The notes: generated from the sequence alone by a model not told the origin. A stretch of DNA of 64,000 nucleotides from Gemmatimonadaceae bacterium (GCA_045803545.1 JBJMOW010000005.1:928001-992000), one strand, 5' to 3'. Shown: positions 38,725 through 48,630, numbered from the stretch's first letter. Made by a program: numbers and translations.

Positions 38725-40605
38725 CTATCGATTCAGGCTCTGAAGGACCAGGTCGAGATCGAACGGCTTGGCGATGAACGGCCTGCCCGTGCCCGTCAGG
38801 AACTGAAACAAATCCTCGCTCACGATGTCGCCGGTCAGAAACACTACGCGCTCGGCGAGGTCGGGCCGCTTGCTCTGCCACTGACGGAAGACCGTCTGGC
38901 CCGAGATATCGGGCATCCGAATGTCGAGGAAAATGGTGTCGAACATCCCGTGGCTTGCAGCTTCCAGCGCCTTGCTGCCGCTATCGACCGACACAACGGT
39001 GTGGCCTGCCTTCTCCAGGAACCGCGAAAGCGCCAGCCGGATAGCGCCTTCGTCGTCAGCAACCAGTATTTGAAGATTTTTCGCCACTGCTACCTGCGAC
39101 TCACTCATCGCCGACGCACCAGCCGGAGCCGACGCTACCAGTGGTAGATCGACGCAAAATCTCGCCCCCCCACCACCTACGTTCTCGGCCCAGATCCGTC
39201 CGCCGTGTTCACTGATGATTCCCAGCGATATCGACAAGCCGAGGCCGGTGCCGTGGCCGACTGATTTCGTGGTATAGAATGGATTGAAAATTCTCTCGAG
39301 ACTGTCGGCAGGAATTCCGGGACCAGTGTCCTCGATTTCGATGTGAACCGTCTCCACATCCCTGCGCGTGCGTATAGTCAATCGATGGTGCGCGCGCTCC
39401 ATGCCCGCCATCGCCTGCTCGGCGTTGGTGACGAGATTCAGAATCACCTGCTGCAGCTGATAAGCATCCATCATCGTGCTCGGCGGCGGATCGGCATATA
39501 ACCGGTCGATCTGGATGCCGTGCACGTTGAGATCGTAGCCACGCAGCTCTAGGGTGTTCTCGATGACCTGGTTGATGTCGGCGTACGTCTTTTCCGCTTT
39601 GTGCTGGCGCGCGAATGTCAGCAGGTTGTGCACGATGCGCGCGGCACGACGCGCCTCGCCGGCAATGGTCTCCGTGGCGTGACGATCATCGTTGTTGAGA
39701 TTTCCATCCGAAAGCATCAGCTGCGCAAACGCGGTGATACTGGCCAGCGGGTTGTTCAATTCGTGCGCAACACCGCTCACCAATTGTCCGATCGCGCCCA
39801 TCTTTTCCGATTGCACCAGCTGCTGCTGCAGCTGCTTTTCTTCCGTAGCATCGCGAATCAGGCATAGCACTTCGCGACTGCGCTGGGGGCACGAATAGGT
39901 GATGGTGATGTGACGGCGCTCGCCATCCTTGCGCACGACGACAGACTCGAATTGGCCTGGCTGTCCCGACAGCGCCTTCCTGAATTCCAGTACCGCGCGC
40001 GGTAGCTCGCTGATCGGAAGCAGCGGTCCGAAAAACCGGCCGATCAATTCATCACGCATGTACCCGGAGATCTGCTCGCCGGCGTCATTGACGCTGGTGA
40101 ATCGGCCGAGCGAGTCGAAAGTCATGATCGCGTCGCTGGCGTCCTCGAACAGGTGGCGATACCGCGCTTCGGAGCGTGCAACTTCCAGGTGCGCGCGTCG
40201 CATGTCGCTGACATCGCGCAGCGTGAGAATCGTCCCGATCGGCCCCGTGGCCCCGTTCAGCGGCGCCGCGCCGATACTCACCGTGCAATCACGGCCGGCG
40301 ACCTGGGCGTCGTAGCACTGGGTGAGTCCATCGCGCGCCGCGCTTTGACCGAATACCACTGCTTCGCTGCTGTCGCGCGCAAAAAGACTGATCAGTTTTT
40401 CGCCAGCCAGCGCGGCGCGGTCTCGTCCGAAAATGTCCGCGGCGGCGGGGTTGGCGTAGGTAATTCGATCGTCGGTGTCAGTCGTGAGAACACCGTCGCT
40501 CAGAAAATCGAGGAGATTTGCATCCCCGTCTGAGAGAATCGGTGGCGGTGTGTCTCCATTTTGACCCGATCCGCCAAGCTTGAGAAGCCGGAGCATCGAG
40601 CTCAC
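38725..40605 (-). CDS. Soluble hybrid histidine kinase (PAS-PAS-HisKA-HATPase-REC)
   Basis: Two PAS domains, GVAHELNNPL, NLVTNAEQA, GTGLGL, FLDIRMP; no TM segment. Confidence 0.93.
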   Translation of the reverse strand: MSSMLRLLKLGGSGQNGDTPPPILSDGDANLLDFLSDGVLTTDTDDRITYANPAAADIFGRDRAALAGEKLISLFARDSSEAVVFGQSAARDGLTQCYDAQVAGRDCTVSIGAAPLNGATGPIGTILTLRDVSDMRRAHLEVARSEARYRHLFEDASDAIMTFDSLGRFTSVNDAGEQISGYMRDELIGRFFGPLLPISELPRAVLEFRKALSGQPGQFESVVVRKDGERRHITITYSCPQRSREVLCLIRDATEEKQLQQQLVQSEKMGAIGQLVSGVAHELNNPLASITAFAQLMLSDGNLNNDDRHATETIAGEARRAARIVHNLLTFARQHKAEKTYADINQVIENTLELRGYDLNVHGIQIDRLYADPPPSTMMDAYQLQQVILNLVTNAEQAMAGMERAHHRLTIRTRRDVETVHIEIEDTGPGIPADSLERIFNPFYTTKSVGHGTGLGLSISLGIISEHGGRIWAENVGGGGARFCVDLPLVASAPAGASAMSESQVAVAKNLQILVADDEGAIRLALSRFLEKAGHTVVSVDSGSKALEAASHGMFDTIFLDIRMPDISGQTVFRQWQSKRPDLAERVVFLTGDIVSEDLFQFLTGTGRPFIAKPFDLDLVLQSLNR

Positions 40606-40624
40606 GCGAGTGCGCGCAGGCGGT

Positions 40625-41545
40625 TCACCGCGTGCCCGTGCGGAGCGCGCGTGAGGTCAGATAATGGTCGATCGGAAACCGCTCGCTCTCGACGATCTGA
40701 CACATCATCGCGGCCGCGAACAGTCTGAGCGCATCCTCGGCGCGTGCGACGACGGCGTCCTTCAATGAGTTCGCGGTCTCGCTGCGATTGAGCGCGAGCC
40801 GCGACATGTCGAGATGCTTTTCCTCGTCGGTGCGGACCGAGCTTCCCTGATGCTGCGCGTGCTCCATCCACCAGGCGAGCGTCGCCGGACCGCCATCGAG
40901 CTCGGGGTTGCCCTGCACGCCTGGCAGAACGGTGGTCGACACGACGGAGTAAATCGTCATCTCGACCGAGCTCTGACACGCGAAATGCTCCCAATAGTCG
41001 ATGTTCTCGTACGTCGCCGTCATGAAGAAATGGTGATAGAGCGCGACCACGGGCTCGGGGAACGGCGGGTCAGGGAACGCCCCGGGCGAATAGTTGTCCG
41101 GATCCTTGGTCAGCGCCGCGAGCACCTCACGGGTCATTCGCTCGAGCTCCACCGCAGTGAATCGACCGAGGTAATCGGTGAGATCCCAGTACAGCGCCTG
41201 ATGATCGACGCCAAAGACGTCGAGCTTGGTCCGCCACATCTGATTGTGCGTCTGCTCTTCTTCCAGCTGCTGTGCGAGGTTCTTGATGAAGCTGCTGTGC
41301 AACACGTGGTCGACTTTGGCGATGCTGCGAATCAGCGCGCGATTGAAGCCGATGACGCACGGGTAGAGGCTGGCGATGAATGCGGTATAGCGCCGGCGAT
41401 CGAGCTTCCGCGAGCGAAGCAAACTCGCGAAGTCGCTTTCATTCATCAGGGCCGAATAACGGCGTGCGACTTCGACCACGAGATCGCCGACTCGCTGGCG
41501 ATTGTCGTGCGGAGTGCGGAGGTGCAATTGGCGAACGCTTGCCAT
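40625..41545 (-). CDS. Heme-oxygenase-like diiron (HDO / iron-containing redox enzyme) protein
   Basis: All-helical character with EEEQTH, a central Glu (SSVEM) and WMEH...DEEKH metal-ligand pattern. Confidence 0.65.
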   Translation of the reverse strand: MASVRQLHLRTPHDNRQRVGDLVVEVARRYSALMNESDFASLLRSRKLDRRRYTAFIASLYPCVIGFNRALIRSIAKVDHVLHSSFIKNLAQQLEEEQTHNQMWRTKLDVFGVDHQALYWDLTDYLGRFTAVELERMTREVLAALTKDPDNYSPGAFPDPPFPEPVVALYHHFFMTATYENIDYWEHFACQSSVEMTIYSVVSTTVLPGVQGNPELDGGPATLAWWMEHAQHQGSSVRTDEEKHLDMSRLALNRSETANSLKDAVVARAEDALRLFAAAMMCQIVESERFPIDHYLTSRALRTGTR

Positions 41546-41621
41546 GGATAAAGCGACGAGGGTAAAAGCTCAGCAATAACGGCTGGTATCATTTGACTGA
41601 CTTGGACTTACCCAGTAACAC

Positions 41622-42857
41622 ATGAGCTTTTTACCTCGCCCGAATAAGGACCGAATCCGGCCCGTAAGTCCATTGGTCACACGTAGGAGACGAGATCGTC
41701 CTATGGATGAGCTACGCGTTTCCTACGCTTCCACAACGAGCGCCATCCGTAGTATGTCTGTCCCCTTACGAACTCCCGCCGGAAACCCGGTCTACCGGTC
41801 GACACCGAATGTCTCGCTCGTCCGGAACAACAACTGGGGCGAGGCGCGCATTCTGATCATCGACGACCACCAGGCCAACGTCGACGTGCTCAAGCGCATT
41901 CTCCGCACTGCCGGCTTCGTGTGCGTCAACAGCACCACCGATCCCGCCGTCGGCGTCACTCTGGTGAACACCTGGGCGCCCGATCTGGTGTTGCTGGATC
42001 TGCACATGCCGAAGCTCGATGGCTTTACGGTGCTCGACTCGATTCGCCCGCACCTTGGCACCGGCTATCTACCGGTGGTGATGCTGACAGCGGATTCGAA
42101 CACGGAGACCAAGCGGCGCGCTCTGGCCAGCGGCGTCAAGGATTTCCTCCTCAAGCCGTTCGATGCCACCGAAGTCGTGCTGCGCATTGAAAACCTGCTG
42201 GAGACGCGCTCTCTCTACAGCACCATTCGCCACCAGAACGCGCAGCTGGAGCAGAACGTCGCCGAGCGTACGCGACAGCTCGAACAGGCGCAGCTCGAGA
42301 TTTTACAGAGACTCGCAGCGGCGGCGGAATTCCGCGACGACGAGACGGGCGAGCACACCCAGAGAGTTGGAGATCTCGCCGCTCGGCTGGCGATGCGGAT
42401 GCGATTGTCCGTCGATCGCGTGGATCTTATTCGTCGCGCAGCGCCGCTTCACGATGTCGGCAAGATTGGCATTCCCGACGCGATTTTGCGCAAGGCAGGC
42501 CGCCTCACCCGCGAGGAACGTAGCATCATGCAGACGCACGTCACGATTGGAGCGTCGATGCTTTCCGGCGGTAGCTCGGCGCTGGTGCGAACCGCGGAGC
42601 TAATCGCACGCAGCCATCATGAACGCTGGGATGGCGGCGGCTATCCGGAGTCAATCCGCGGAGAGCACATCCCGCTCGAGTCCAGACTCGTGGCAGTCGC
42701 CGACTATTTCGATGCGCTGACCCACAACCGCCCGTATCGCGGTGCGTGGTCAATCGATAAAGCGGTCAGGAAGATCATCGGCGAGCGTGGACGGCACTTC
42801 GATCCGCAGGTGGTGGACGCATTGCTCAAGGATTCCGTAGCGCTGGAATCGCGATAA
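41622..42857 (+). CDS. REC-HD-GYP response regulator (RpfG-like c-di-GMP phosphodiesterase)
   Basis: LLDLHMP REC; ETGEH, LHDVGKIG, HHERWDGGGYP, RPYR; real start may be downstream (for example 41703). Confidence 0.92.
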   Translation: MSFLPRPNKDRIRPVSPLVTRRRRDRPMDELRVSYASTTSAIRSMSVPLRTPAGNPVYRSTPNVSLVRNNNWGEARILIIDDHQANVDVLKRILRTAGFVCVNSTTDPAVGVTLVNTWAPDLVLLDLHMPKLDGFTVLDSIRPHLGTGYLPVVMLTADSNTETKRRALASGVKDFLLKPFDATEVVLRIENLLETRSLYSTIRHQNAQLEQNVAERTRQLEQAQLEILQRLAAAAEFRDDETGEHTQRVGDLAARLAMRMRLSVDRVDLIRRAAPLHDVGKIGIPDAILRKAGRLTREERSIMQTHVTIGASMLSGGSSALVRTAELIARSHHERWDGGGYPESIRGEHIPLESRLVAVADYFDALTHNRPYRGAWSIDKAVRKIIGERGRHFDPQVVDALLKDSVALESR

Positions 42858-42874
42858 GCGCGATCCTCCCGCGT

Positions 42875-43612
42875 TCACAATCGCCGCTCGGCGTATGGCT
42901 GTGGATGGGCAGGTTTCGGCGCCGGATACATCAGACCGATAACCCGCTCCACGTGAATGAGAGTGGAATTGAAGAATCGGAGGCTCAGGCCGCTGGTGTC
43001 GCCCAGCGCCAGAGGTAACTCAGTGCCGCCAAGTACGACGCCCTCGATTCCCTCCCGCCGTGCCATCTGGGTGACGATCTCGAGAATCCGGACGCGAGCT
43101 GCGGCAGGAAATCGTCCGTAGATGAAATTCGACTGATATTCCTTGTCGATGAATGACCGCTCCACGGGCCCGGGCACGGCGACGCTGAGACCTTTCCTGG
43201 CAAAGACTTCGGAGTAGAACGTTCCTTCCATCACGAAGCGCGAGCCGATAAGCCCAACACGGCGCATTCCCGCCGCCAGGACGTAGTCACGAGTCGCTTC
43301 GACGATACTGACAAGTGGGATTCGCGCGCGCGGCTGCAAGCGATCGTAGACGATGTGGCTCGTGTTCGACGTTATGATGGCGATCTCCGCGCCGGCACGG
43401 GCGAGGCGGTCGATCTCGTGTGCGAGAAAATCAGTCAGCGCGTCGAGATTGTTCGCTGCGACGAGCGCCAGCATCGCTGCCAGACCGATGCTATTGATGA
43501 CAATGTGGGGAAACGATTCTTCGTGTCTCGCGCGATACTTCTCGATGAGCAGTTTGTAGTATTCGATTGTTGAAGGCGGTGCGATTCCGCCGATCAGGCC
43601 GATGATTGGCAT
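42875..43612 (-). CDS. Aspartate/glutamate racemase homolog lacking catalytic cysteines
   Basis: IGLIGGI..PSTIEYY, TSNTSH, LGGTELPL, NSTLIH. Confidence 0.85.
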   Translation of the reverse strand: MPIIGLIGGIAPPSTIEYYKLLIEKYRARHEESFPHIVINSIGLAAMLALVAANNLDALTDFLAHEIDRLARAGAEIAIITSNTSHIVYDRLQPRARIPLVSIVEATRDYVLAAGMRRVGLIGSRFVMEGTFYSEVFARKGLSVAVPGPVERSFIDKEYQSNFIYGRFPAAARVRILEIVTQMARREGIEGVVLGGTELPLALGDTSGLSLRFFNSTLIHVERVIGLMYPAPKPAHPQPYAERRL

Positions 43613-43809
43613 CAACGTCTCGCGTCTGAGAGTTCCTGGTGATGACAGCGTGGTAAGCACCTGTAACTCACCGATTTGCTGGACTCTTTGCCATGCAAGA
43701 GTGCTCATGCCGGACATGAGCGGATTTGTTGGGTGTAAGATCAGCGTGTTGACAAATCAGAAAAGCAACGTACTGATGAGTTGAGATGCAGTGGCCCCCG
43801 CGCGGTTCG

Positions 43810-44385
43810 ATGATCGGCACTCCGTCAAAGCGTATCGGTTTTTTTATCGTGACGCTGGCGACGGTCGCATGTGGTTCTGCGAGCGGACCACGCGCGTGCG
43901 GGGACGAGTATCGAATTGTCGCGGATTCGGGTGAAGTTGCACTTGCCGATGGACTTTCCTTCGTCGACGTCAGCGCAATGCTACGGGAGTCACGCAAGCC
44001 GGGCCGACCGGAAACGCAGATCGCACAGGTCGGGTTGGAGGTGTACGCTCATCTTTTGTCTGACCGGAGCCTGCCTTCTGATTTTCTGCATGGCCATGTA
44101 ACGACTATCGACGTGCGCGACGCGGGAACGCCGTCACGACTCATAAAATCATACGTGGTGCCAAACCCGCCGCCCTTTCTCGCGGAGTTCTCCCAATATG
44201 GGATGGCTTACGACTGGTCGATAACCGTTGATGAGGCTCGTGCGCTGTTCGTCGCGGACCAGTTTGTCATCGAAGTGCATACCGACCTGCCGAGCCAGCC
44301 GTTGGTCCGCATCGTTCTGAAGGGCGCGAACGCCAGTGACCCTCTCAAGTGGTCTCGCACGATCATCTCTGGAGGTGACTGCTGA
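43810..44385 (+). CDS. Hypothetical lipoprotein (weak CHRD-like C-terminus)
   Basis: Lipobox TVAC; GHVT and FVIEVHTD resemble CHRD motifs. Confidence 0.55.
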   Translation: MIGTPSKRIGFFIVTLATVACGSASGPRACGDEYRIVADSGEVALADGLSFVDVSAMLRESRKPGRPETQIAQVGLEVYAHLLSDRSLPSDFLHGHVTTIDVRDAGTPSRLIKSYVVPNPPPFLAEFSQYGMAYDWSITVDEARALFVADQFVIEVHTDLPSQPLVRIVLKGANASDPLKWSRTIISGGDC

Positions 44386-44558
44386 TCACTCGAGGGCGCG
44401 CGGGGTTGCAAGCGGGTCTGGCTTATTATGATCTGGTCATTCTGATTATTTCTGATCTAAGCATCCTACGCAGCGAGAGCGGCCGCGCAGTCGCGCCGAA
44501 AATCAATCAGCCCGCTAGTTAGTCAGGGTCAAAACGCCGCTCAAGGAGTTTCTCATTG

Positions 44559-44831
44559 ATGCCGAACAGAACCTATATGGTGGTTGAACATTTCAAGGAT
44601 GCGCCGGCGATCTATCGCCGTTTTCGGGAACGCGGGCGTATGGCCCCGGAGGGCTTGGTATATGTATCGAGCTGGATCGATGAAAAGCTCGAACTATGCT
44701 TTCAGCTGATGGAATCTCCGGACCGTCGTCTGCTCGATGAATGGATGGCCAACTGGCGCGATCTCACTGACTTCGATGTGTATCCGGTCATAAGCTCCAA
44801 GGAGGCGGCCGAAAGGGTCGATACTCGGTAA
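44559..44831 (+). CDS. DUF3303-family protein
   Basis: YMVVEHF...RGRMAPEGL...CFQLME...W.DL.DF..YPV; AAGGAG RBS. Confidence 0.8.
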   Translation: MPNRTYMVVEHFKDAPAIYRRFRERGRMAPEGLVYVSSWIDEKLELCFQLMESPDRRLLDEWMANWRDLTDFDVYPVISSKEAAERVDTR

Positions 44832-44949
44832 CGGGTTAGCGCCGAGGCTTGTCATTGCGCGCGGCTGCGTCTCAGAGTACAGCCCAACTCTGAAGAGCCG
44901 AGCGCGCCGCCCACTATGCCGCCGATAACGGCCGCTTGGAGCGTTAGCG
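44826..44949. repeat. Long imperfect hairpin, attC-like
   Basis: CGGTAAC...GTTAGCG termini with nested inverted repeats. Confidence 0.3.
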
Positions 44950-44996
44950 AGACAACATCGTGGCCTGCAATTCGCGACTCGAATGTTAGGAGCACA

Positions 44997-45716
44997 ATGA
45001 TGACTCACTCACCAATCTGGTCGGCGCCGGCGATCGCTGCGCTGATTTTGCTCACGATAGTCAGCTGCAAGAAAGACAGCGATCCGTCCTCCAGCAACCA
45101 GTTCACGTCACTGCTGTTCGACGCGAGTTCACCCGCTGCGCGCGAGGCGTTGGCGACTCCAGTCAATTTCCGTCTCACCGAGTCTAACTACGCACAATGG
45201 GAGCAGGCGCAGCGTTTTCTCGAGGTCGTTCCCCGCTCCGCTCTTGCGAGCGCATCGGGCGCAAACGGCAACGCCATCGATCGCGCGGTCGAGACGTTGG
45301 AGGCGAGCCCACGCGCGCGAACCGCGATCGAGCGGACAGGATTGACCGTGCGAGACTTCGTTCTGGAGACCATCGCATTGGCCCAGGCCGCGGAAGCCCA
45401 ATCGGGTAAATCTCCCAATGGCGTCACTGTCCCGCCCGAGAACGTTCAATTCGTCCAGCGATACCAGTCGCGCATCCTTCAGCCTCGCACTGTAGCACGA
45501 GCGCTGAGAGCTCCAGTGGACAACTATGGCGAAGCTGATACGGTGAGCATTGGCGTGCAGTCGACTACTAACGATCAGGGAGCAAACACTACACCGCAGG
45601 ACTCGGCGGCCGTCAGCAAGCGTGGTCGCGGGAATGATTCGATCGGGCTCGAGGGGCAAGCCCCCGAACCACCAAAGCACCCGTCTGACACCGTTCGCGA
45701 CACGATCCCGCGATAA
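44997..45716 (+). CDS. Hypothetical lipoprotein
   Basis: Lipobox IVSC; helical core and low-complexity tail; AGGAG RBS. Confidence 0.7.
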   Translation: MMTHSPIWSAPAIAALILLTIVSCKKDSDPSSSNQFTSLLFDASSPAAREALATPVNFRLTESNYAQWEQAQRFLEVVPRSALASASGANGNAIDRAVETLEASPRARTAIERTGLTVRDFVLETIALAQAAEAQSGKSPNGVTVPPENVQFVQRYQSRILQPRTVARALRAPVDNYGEADTVSIGVQSTTNDQGANTTPQDSAAVSKRGRGNDSIGLEGQAPEPPKHPSDTVRDTIPR

Positions 45717-45806
45717 CAGCCATTGCGGGAACCGCTGGCGGTGATCCCACCGGGAAGCGGAATCCGCATCTGCGCGAAGCCGGGCCGAAGTCCGCCACAG
45801 CGCCGA

Positions 45807-46664
45807 TCAAAAACCAAGTTCTCTGAGCGCGAGATCCGGTGGCATGTCGTCGCCCGTCGCCGAGGCCTTCACAAGACCCAGCGCCTTCATGACCCGCACC
45901 GTCATGAACCCGAAATCAAATTCGGACGGATGGTGGCTCGTTCGCAGAAGGTGCGGATAGTGGTGATGGTTGTTCTGAAGGCAGGCGCTGAAGGTCGCCA
46001 TCACCGGCAGCCAGTCGCCGATATTCATTGCATTGTCCTCAGCGTCATTGTAGCGACGAGTGCCGAAGCGCCGATCGTGCGTCCAATAATTCTGGATCAG
46101 ATTCACCCACAGCGCGAAAATGCGGAGGCCACCCCAGAGCACGAGGGCGTATTTCCAGTCGCGGAACACCAGCCAGATGACGCCTAAGCTGACGAATTGC
46201 GAGAACGCGGCATAGACCGGGTTTGCAACCATGCGAAACGGCGCCGACTTGAGAATATCGTCCTCAGCGTAGTCGTGCTCGCAGGGATACGGAAAGAGAC
46301 AGAGGTACATCGTTCTCCAGAAACCGTCGCCGTGCAGCTTGTTCGGGTCGCCATCATGATCGGCGAATTTGTGGTGATGGCGATGACGATTCACCCAGGT
46401 GACTGGATTCACGTAGATGCCGAAGGTGTTGCTGACGACCGTCACCGTCTTGATGAACCACGGCTTGTACTCGAGGGCCCCGTGGGTGATTCCCATATGG
46501 ATGATGTCGGACAGGTAGACGCCGCTCAAAAACCAGATTGCCGTGAAGTACAGCAGCCCCAGGGTCATGCCGAGCCAGGGGCCGAGGGCCGCCGGCGCGA
46601 AGTAGAACGCAGCCCCTGCTTCCAGAAGGATGATCGTGTAGCCGATCAGATTGTGGGTTTTCAT
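45807..46664 (-). CDS. Membrane fatty acid desaturase (delta-9-like)
   Basis: His boxes HMGITH, HRHHH, QNNHHH; DHDGDP. Confidence 0.88.
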   Translation of the reverse strand: MKTHNLIGYTIILLEAGAAFYFAPAALGPWLGMTLGLLYFTAIWFLSGVYLSDIIHMGITHGALEYKPWFIKTVTVVSNTFGIYVNPVTWVNRHRHHHKFADHDGDPNKLHGDGFWRTMYLCLFPYPCEHDYAEDDILKSAPFRMVANPVYAAFSQFVSLGVIWLVFRDWKYALVLWGGLRIFALWVNLIQNYWTHDRRFGTRRYNDAEDNAMNIGDWLPVMATFSACLQNNHHHYPHLLRTSHHPSEFDFGFMTVRVMKALGLVKASATGDDMPPDLALRELGF

Positions 46665-47797
46665 GATGGTCGTGCCGCCCGCTTGAACGGTGCGAAGAGC
46701 TGGGCGAAAAAGCCGGCAGGGAGGGTGTCGTCAATCAGCCCATAGCGCTCCGGCCAGGCCGTCTTCGGAAGATAGTGGGTGCCGAACAGGCGATCGAGGA
46801 AGGGCAAATGGATCGCGAAGTTGACGTCCACCGCATTCTTGTCCGCGGCGTGATGCCAGTGGTGATAGCGCACCGTGACGAAGTATCGCTCCAGCCAGTG
46901 CGCATCCGGGCGGAAATCAGTGTGGCAGAAAGTGGCGTGGAAGGAGACGAACACGAGGTAGCCTGCCAGCACGCTCTGCGGAAAGCCCACCATCATCATT
47001 GGAATCATGATGAGACCGCGGGTGATGACGATGTCGAAGAAGTGGGAACGCGAGCCGGCGATCCAGTCGAGGGTCTTGATCGAATGATGGATAGAATGGA
47101 AGCGCCAGAGGAATGGGACCGTGTGGAACATCCGGTGTACGCAATACTGCGCAAGATCCGCGACGAAGATCGCCGCGACGAGCTGCACCAGGTACGGCCA
47201 GCGTTGGACAAAATGCTGGAGTGGCGGAATGGCCAGCCACTTGGTAAGCAAAAGGGCGGGCAGCACCATCAGGAAGGTGAGCAACTGCGCGGGCAGATGG
47301 GTGGCGACGAAATAAAATGCGTCGGTGGTCCACTCCGGCCTGAAGGTCTTCTGCCTGGGATGCAGTGGCCAGAACCGCTCCACCGGGACGAAGACGAGGG
47401 TCATCACGAGCAGGTCCAGCAGGAACCAGTCGAAGCCGATGCCGTAGTGTGACCCCACCTCGTTTGGCAGCGACGTGCTTCCGCCACCGAGCAGCGCCGC
47501 CGTTACGGCGAGGAGTCCGCCGGTCAGCGCGAGAACCTTACGCTGCCGCAGGACCGCCGACATCGCGGACAGCACAAAAGCCGCTGCGATGGTCCCTTGG
47601 ATGAGCAAGCGGATTATCACCAGCGGGTAGTGCGCTCGGGCGTCGGGCAGTGTCAGCAGGGCGGGAAAATGAAGGCACAGCGCGCCTCCCAGGCCGAGCA
47701 GGCCGAAAAAAACGCCGAGGACGCCGCTGACCCAGCCGCTTCCGATTTGGGTGGGCTCCGAATCACCGAATACCTTATTGAAGAACGCGTCGGACAT
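46661..47797 (-). CDS. Sterol desaturase / fatty acid hydroxylase family protein
   Basis: HRMFH, HSIHH, HHWHH, LDRLFGT. Confidence 0.9.
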   Translation of the reverse strand: MSDAFFNKVFGDSEPTQIGSGWVSGVLGVFFGLLGLGGALCLHFPALLTLPDARAHYPLVIIRLLIQGTIAAAFVLSAMSAVLRQRKVLALTGGLLAVTAALLGGGSTSLPNEVGSHYGIGFDWFLLDLLVMTLVFVPVERFWPLHPRQKTFRPEWTTDAFYFVATHLPAQLLTFLMVLPALLLTKWLAIPPLQHFVQRWPYLVQLVAAIFVADLAQYCVHRMFHTVPFLWRFHSIHHSIKTLDWIAGSRSHFFDIVITRGLIMIPMMMVGFPQSVLAGYLVFVSFHATFCHTDFRPDAHWLERYFVTVRYHHWHHAADKNAVDVNFAIHLPFLDRLFGTHYLPKTAWPERYGLIDDTLPAGFFAQLFAPFKRAARPS

Positions 47798-47910
47798 GGC
47801 TGGTCGCCTATTCGATTGTGGTGTTGGTCGCCGGGTTATTTCGACGTCGATCGATTGTCACCCGGCCGTCATTTTGATAAACGCACGCCGGCGGATTTTG
47901 CAACTTCATT

Positions 47911-48330
47911 TGGATCTTCGCGTTGTTGAATTACCTCTATGCCGACGTGATTGCCTTATGGGCGCTGCTCGGCGCGCCAGCGGCGGACACTCCGCACCTC
48001 GGCCAGGCGGCACTCGCGGGTTCGGCGATACTGATGGAAATCCCGATCGCTATGATTCTCTTCTCGCGACTGCTTCCACTCCGAGTGAACCGGTTGGCGA
48101 ATATCATCACCGGAGTCCTCGTGACCGTCGTCAACGGTTCCCTCACCTTCATCCCACCGCTGATTGGGCTCGGCAGCCCACCCGCTCTGCCCGAGTATTT
48201 GTTCTTCGCAACGGTCGAAAGCATCTGCACCGTTGCCATCGTTTGGCAAGCGTGGAAGTGGCCTGAGGCTCGCGCGGCAGCGAGCTCCGCGCTCACCGGC
48301 CACCGACCGGTCGCCGGAATTACCGCTTGA
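47911..48330 (+). pseudogene. 5'-truncated DUF6326-like membrane protein
   Basis: WIFALLNYLYADV and LMEIPIAMI...NRLANII motifs; in-frame stop at 47878 with no start before the conserved Trp. Confidence 0.5.
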
Positions 48331-48408
48331 TCCCGAAAATCACTAATTACAGAGGGGCGCCTTCCACACTGCGCGGGAACGAGTGATCGACGCGAAGTAA
48401 GAGGCGCA

Positions 48409-48630
48409 TCAGGGAAGCCGCCACTCGCAATCGCTCCTCTTTTGCTCCATGGTCAATGATTGAGCGCAGCCGCCGTTCGCGAGCGTGATCGTTTCTGTTG
48501 ACTTGTACTCTCGGACACCGGGCGTTGTCGCCCTCAGCTGAACGACATCACCCGGTTTGGAGCCGGGGATGGGGAATGATTCGCTGTCAGCACTGCAATC
48601 GCAATCGGCAACGAAGGTCGAGACAATCAT
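48409..48630 (-). CDS. Small hypothetical ORF or gene remnant
   Basis: 73 aa; ATGA overlap with the tautomerase stop. Confidence 0.3.
   Translation of the reverse strand: MIVSTFVADCDCSADSESFPIPGSKPGDVVQLRATTPGVREYKSTETITLANGGCAQSLTMEQKRSDCEWRLP

Noticed and set aside
38725..41545. Heme oxygenase-bacteriophytochrome pair, or PqqC
   Set aside because: The kinase lacks GAF-PHY; no other pqq genes are present and PqqC-specific motifs are not evident
45725..45770. GC-rich hairpin between convergent genes
   Set aside because: No U-tract and only one copy in the window; probably an ordinary 3' structure
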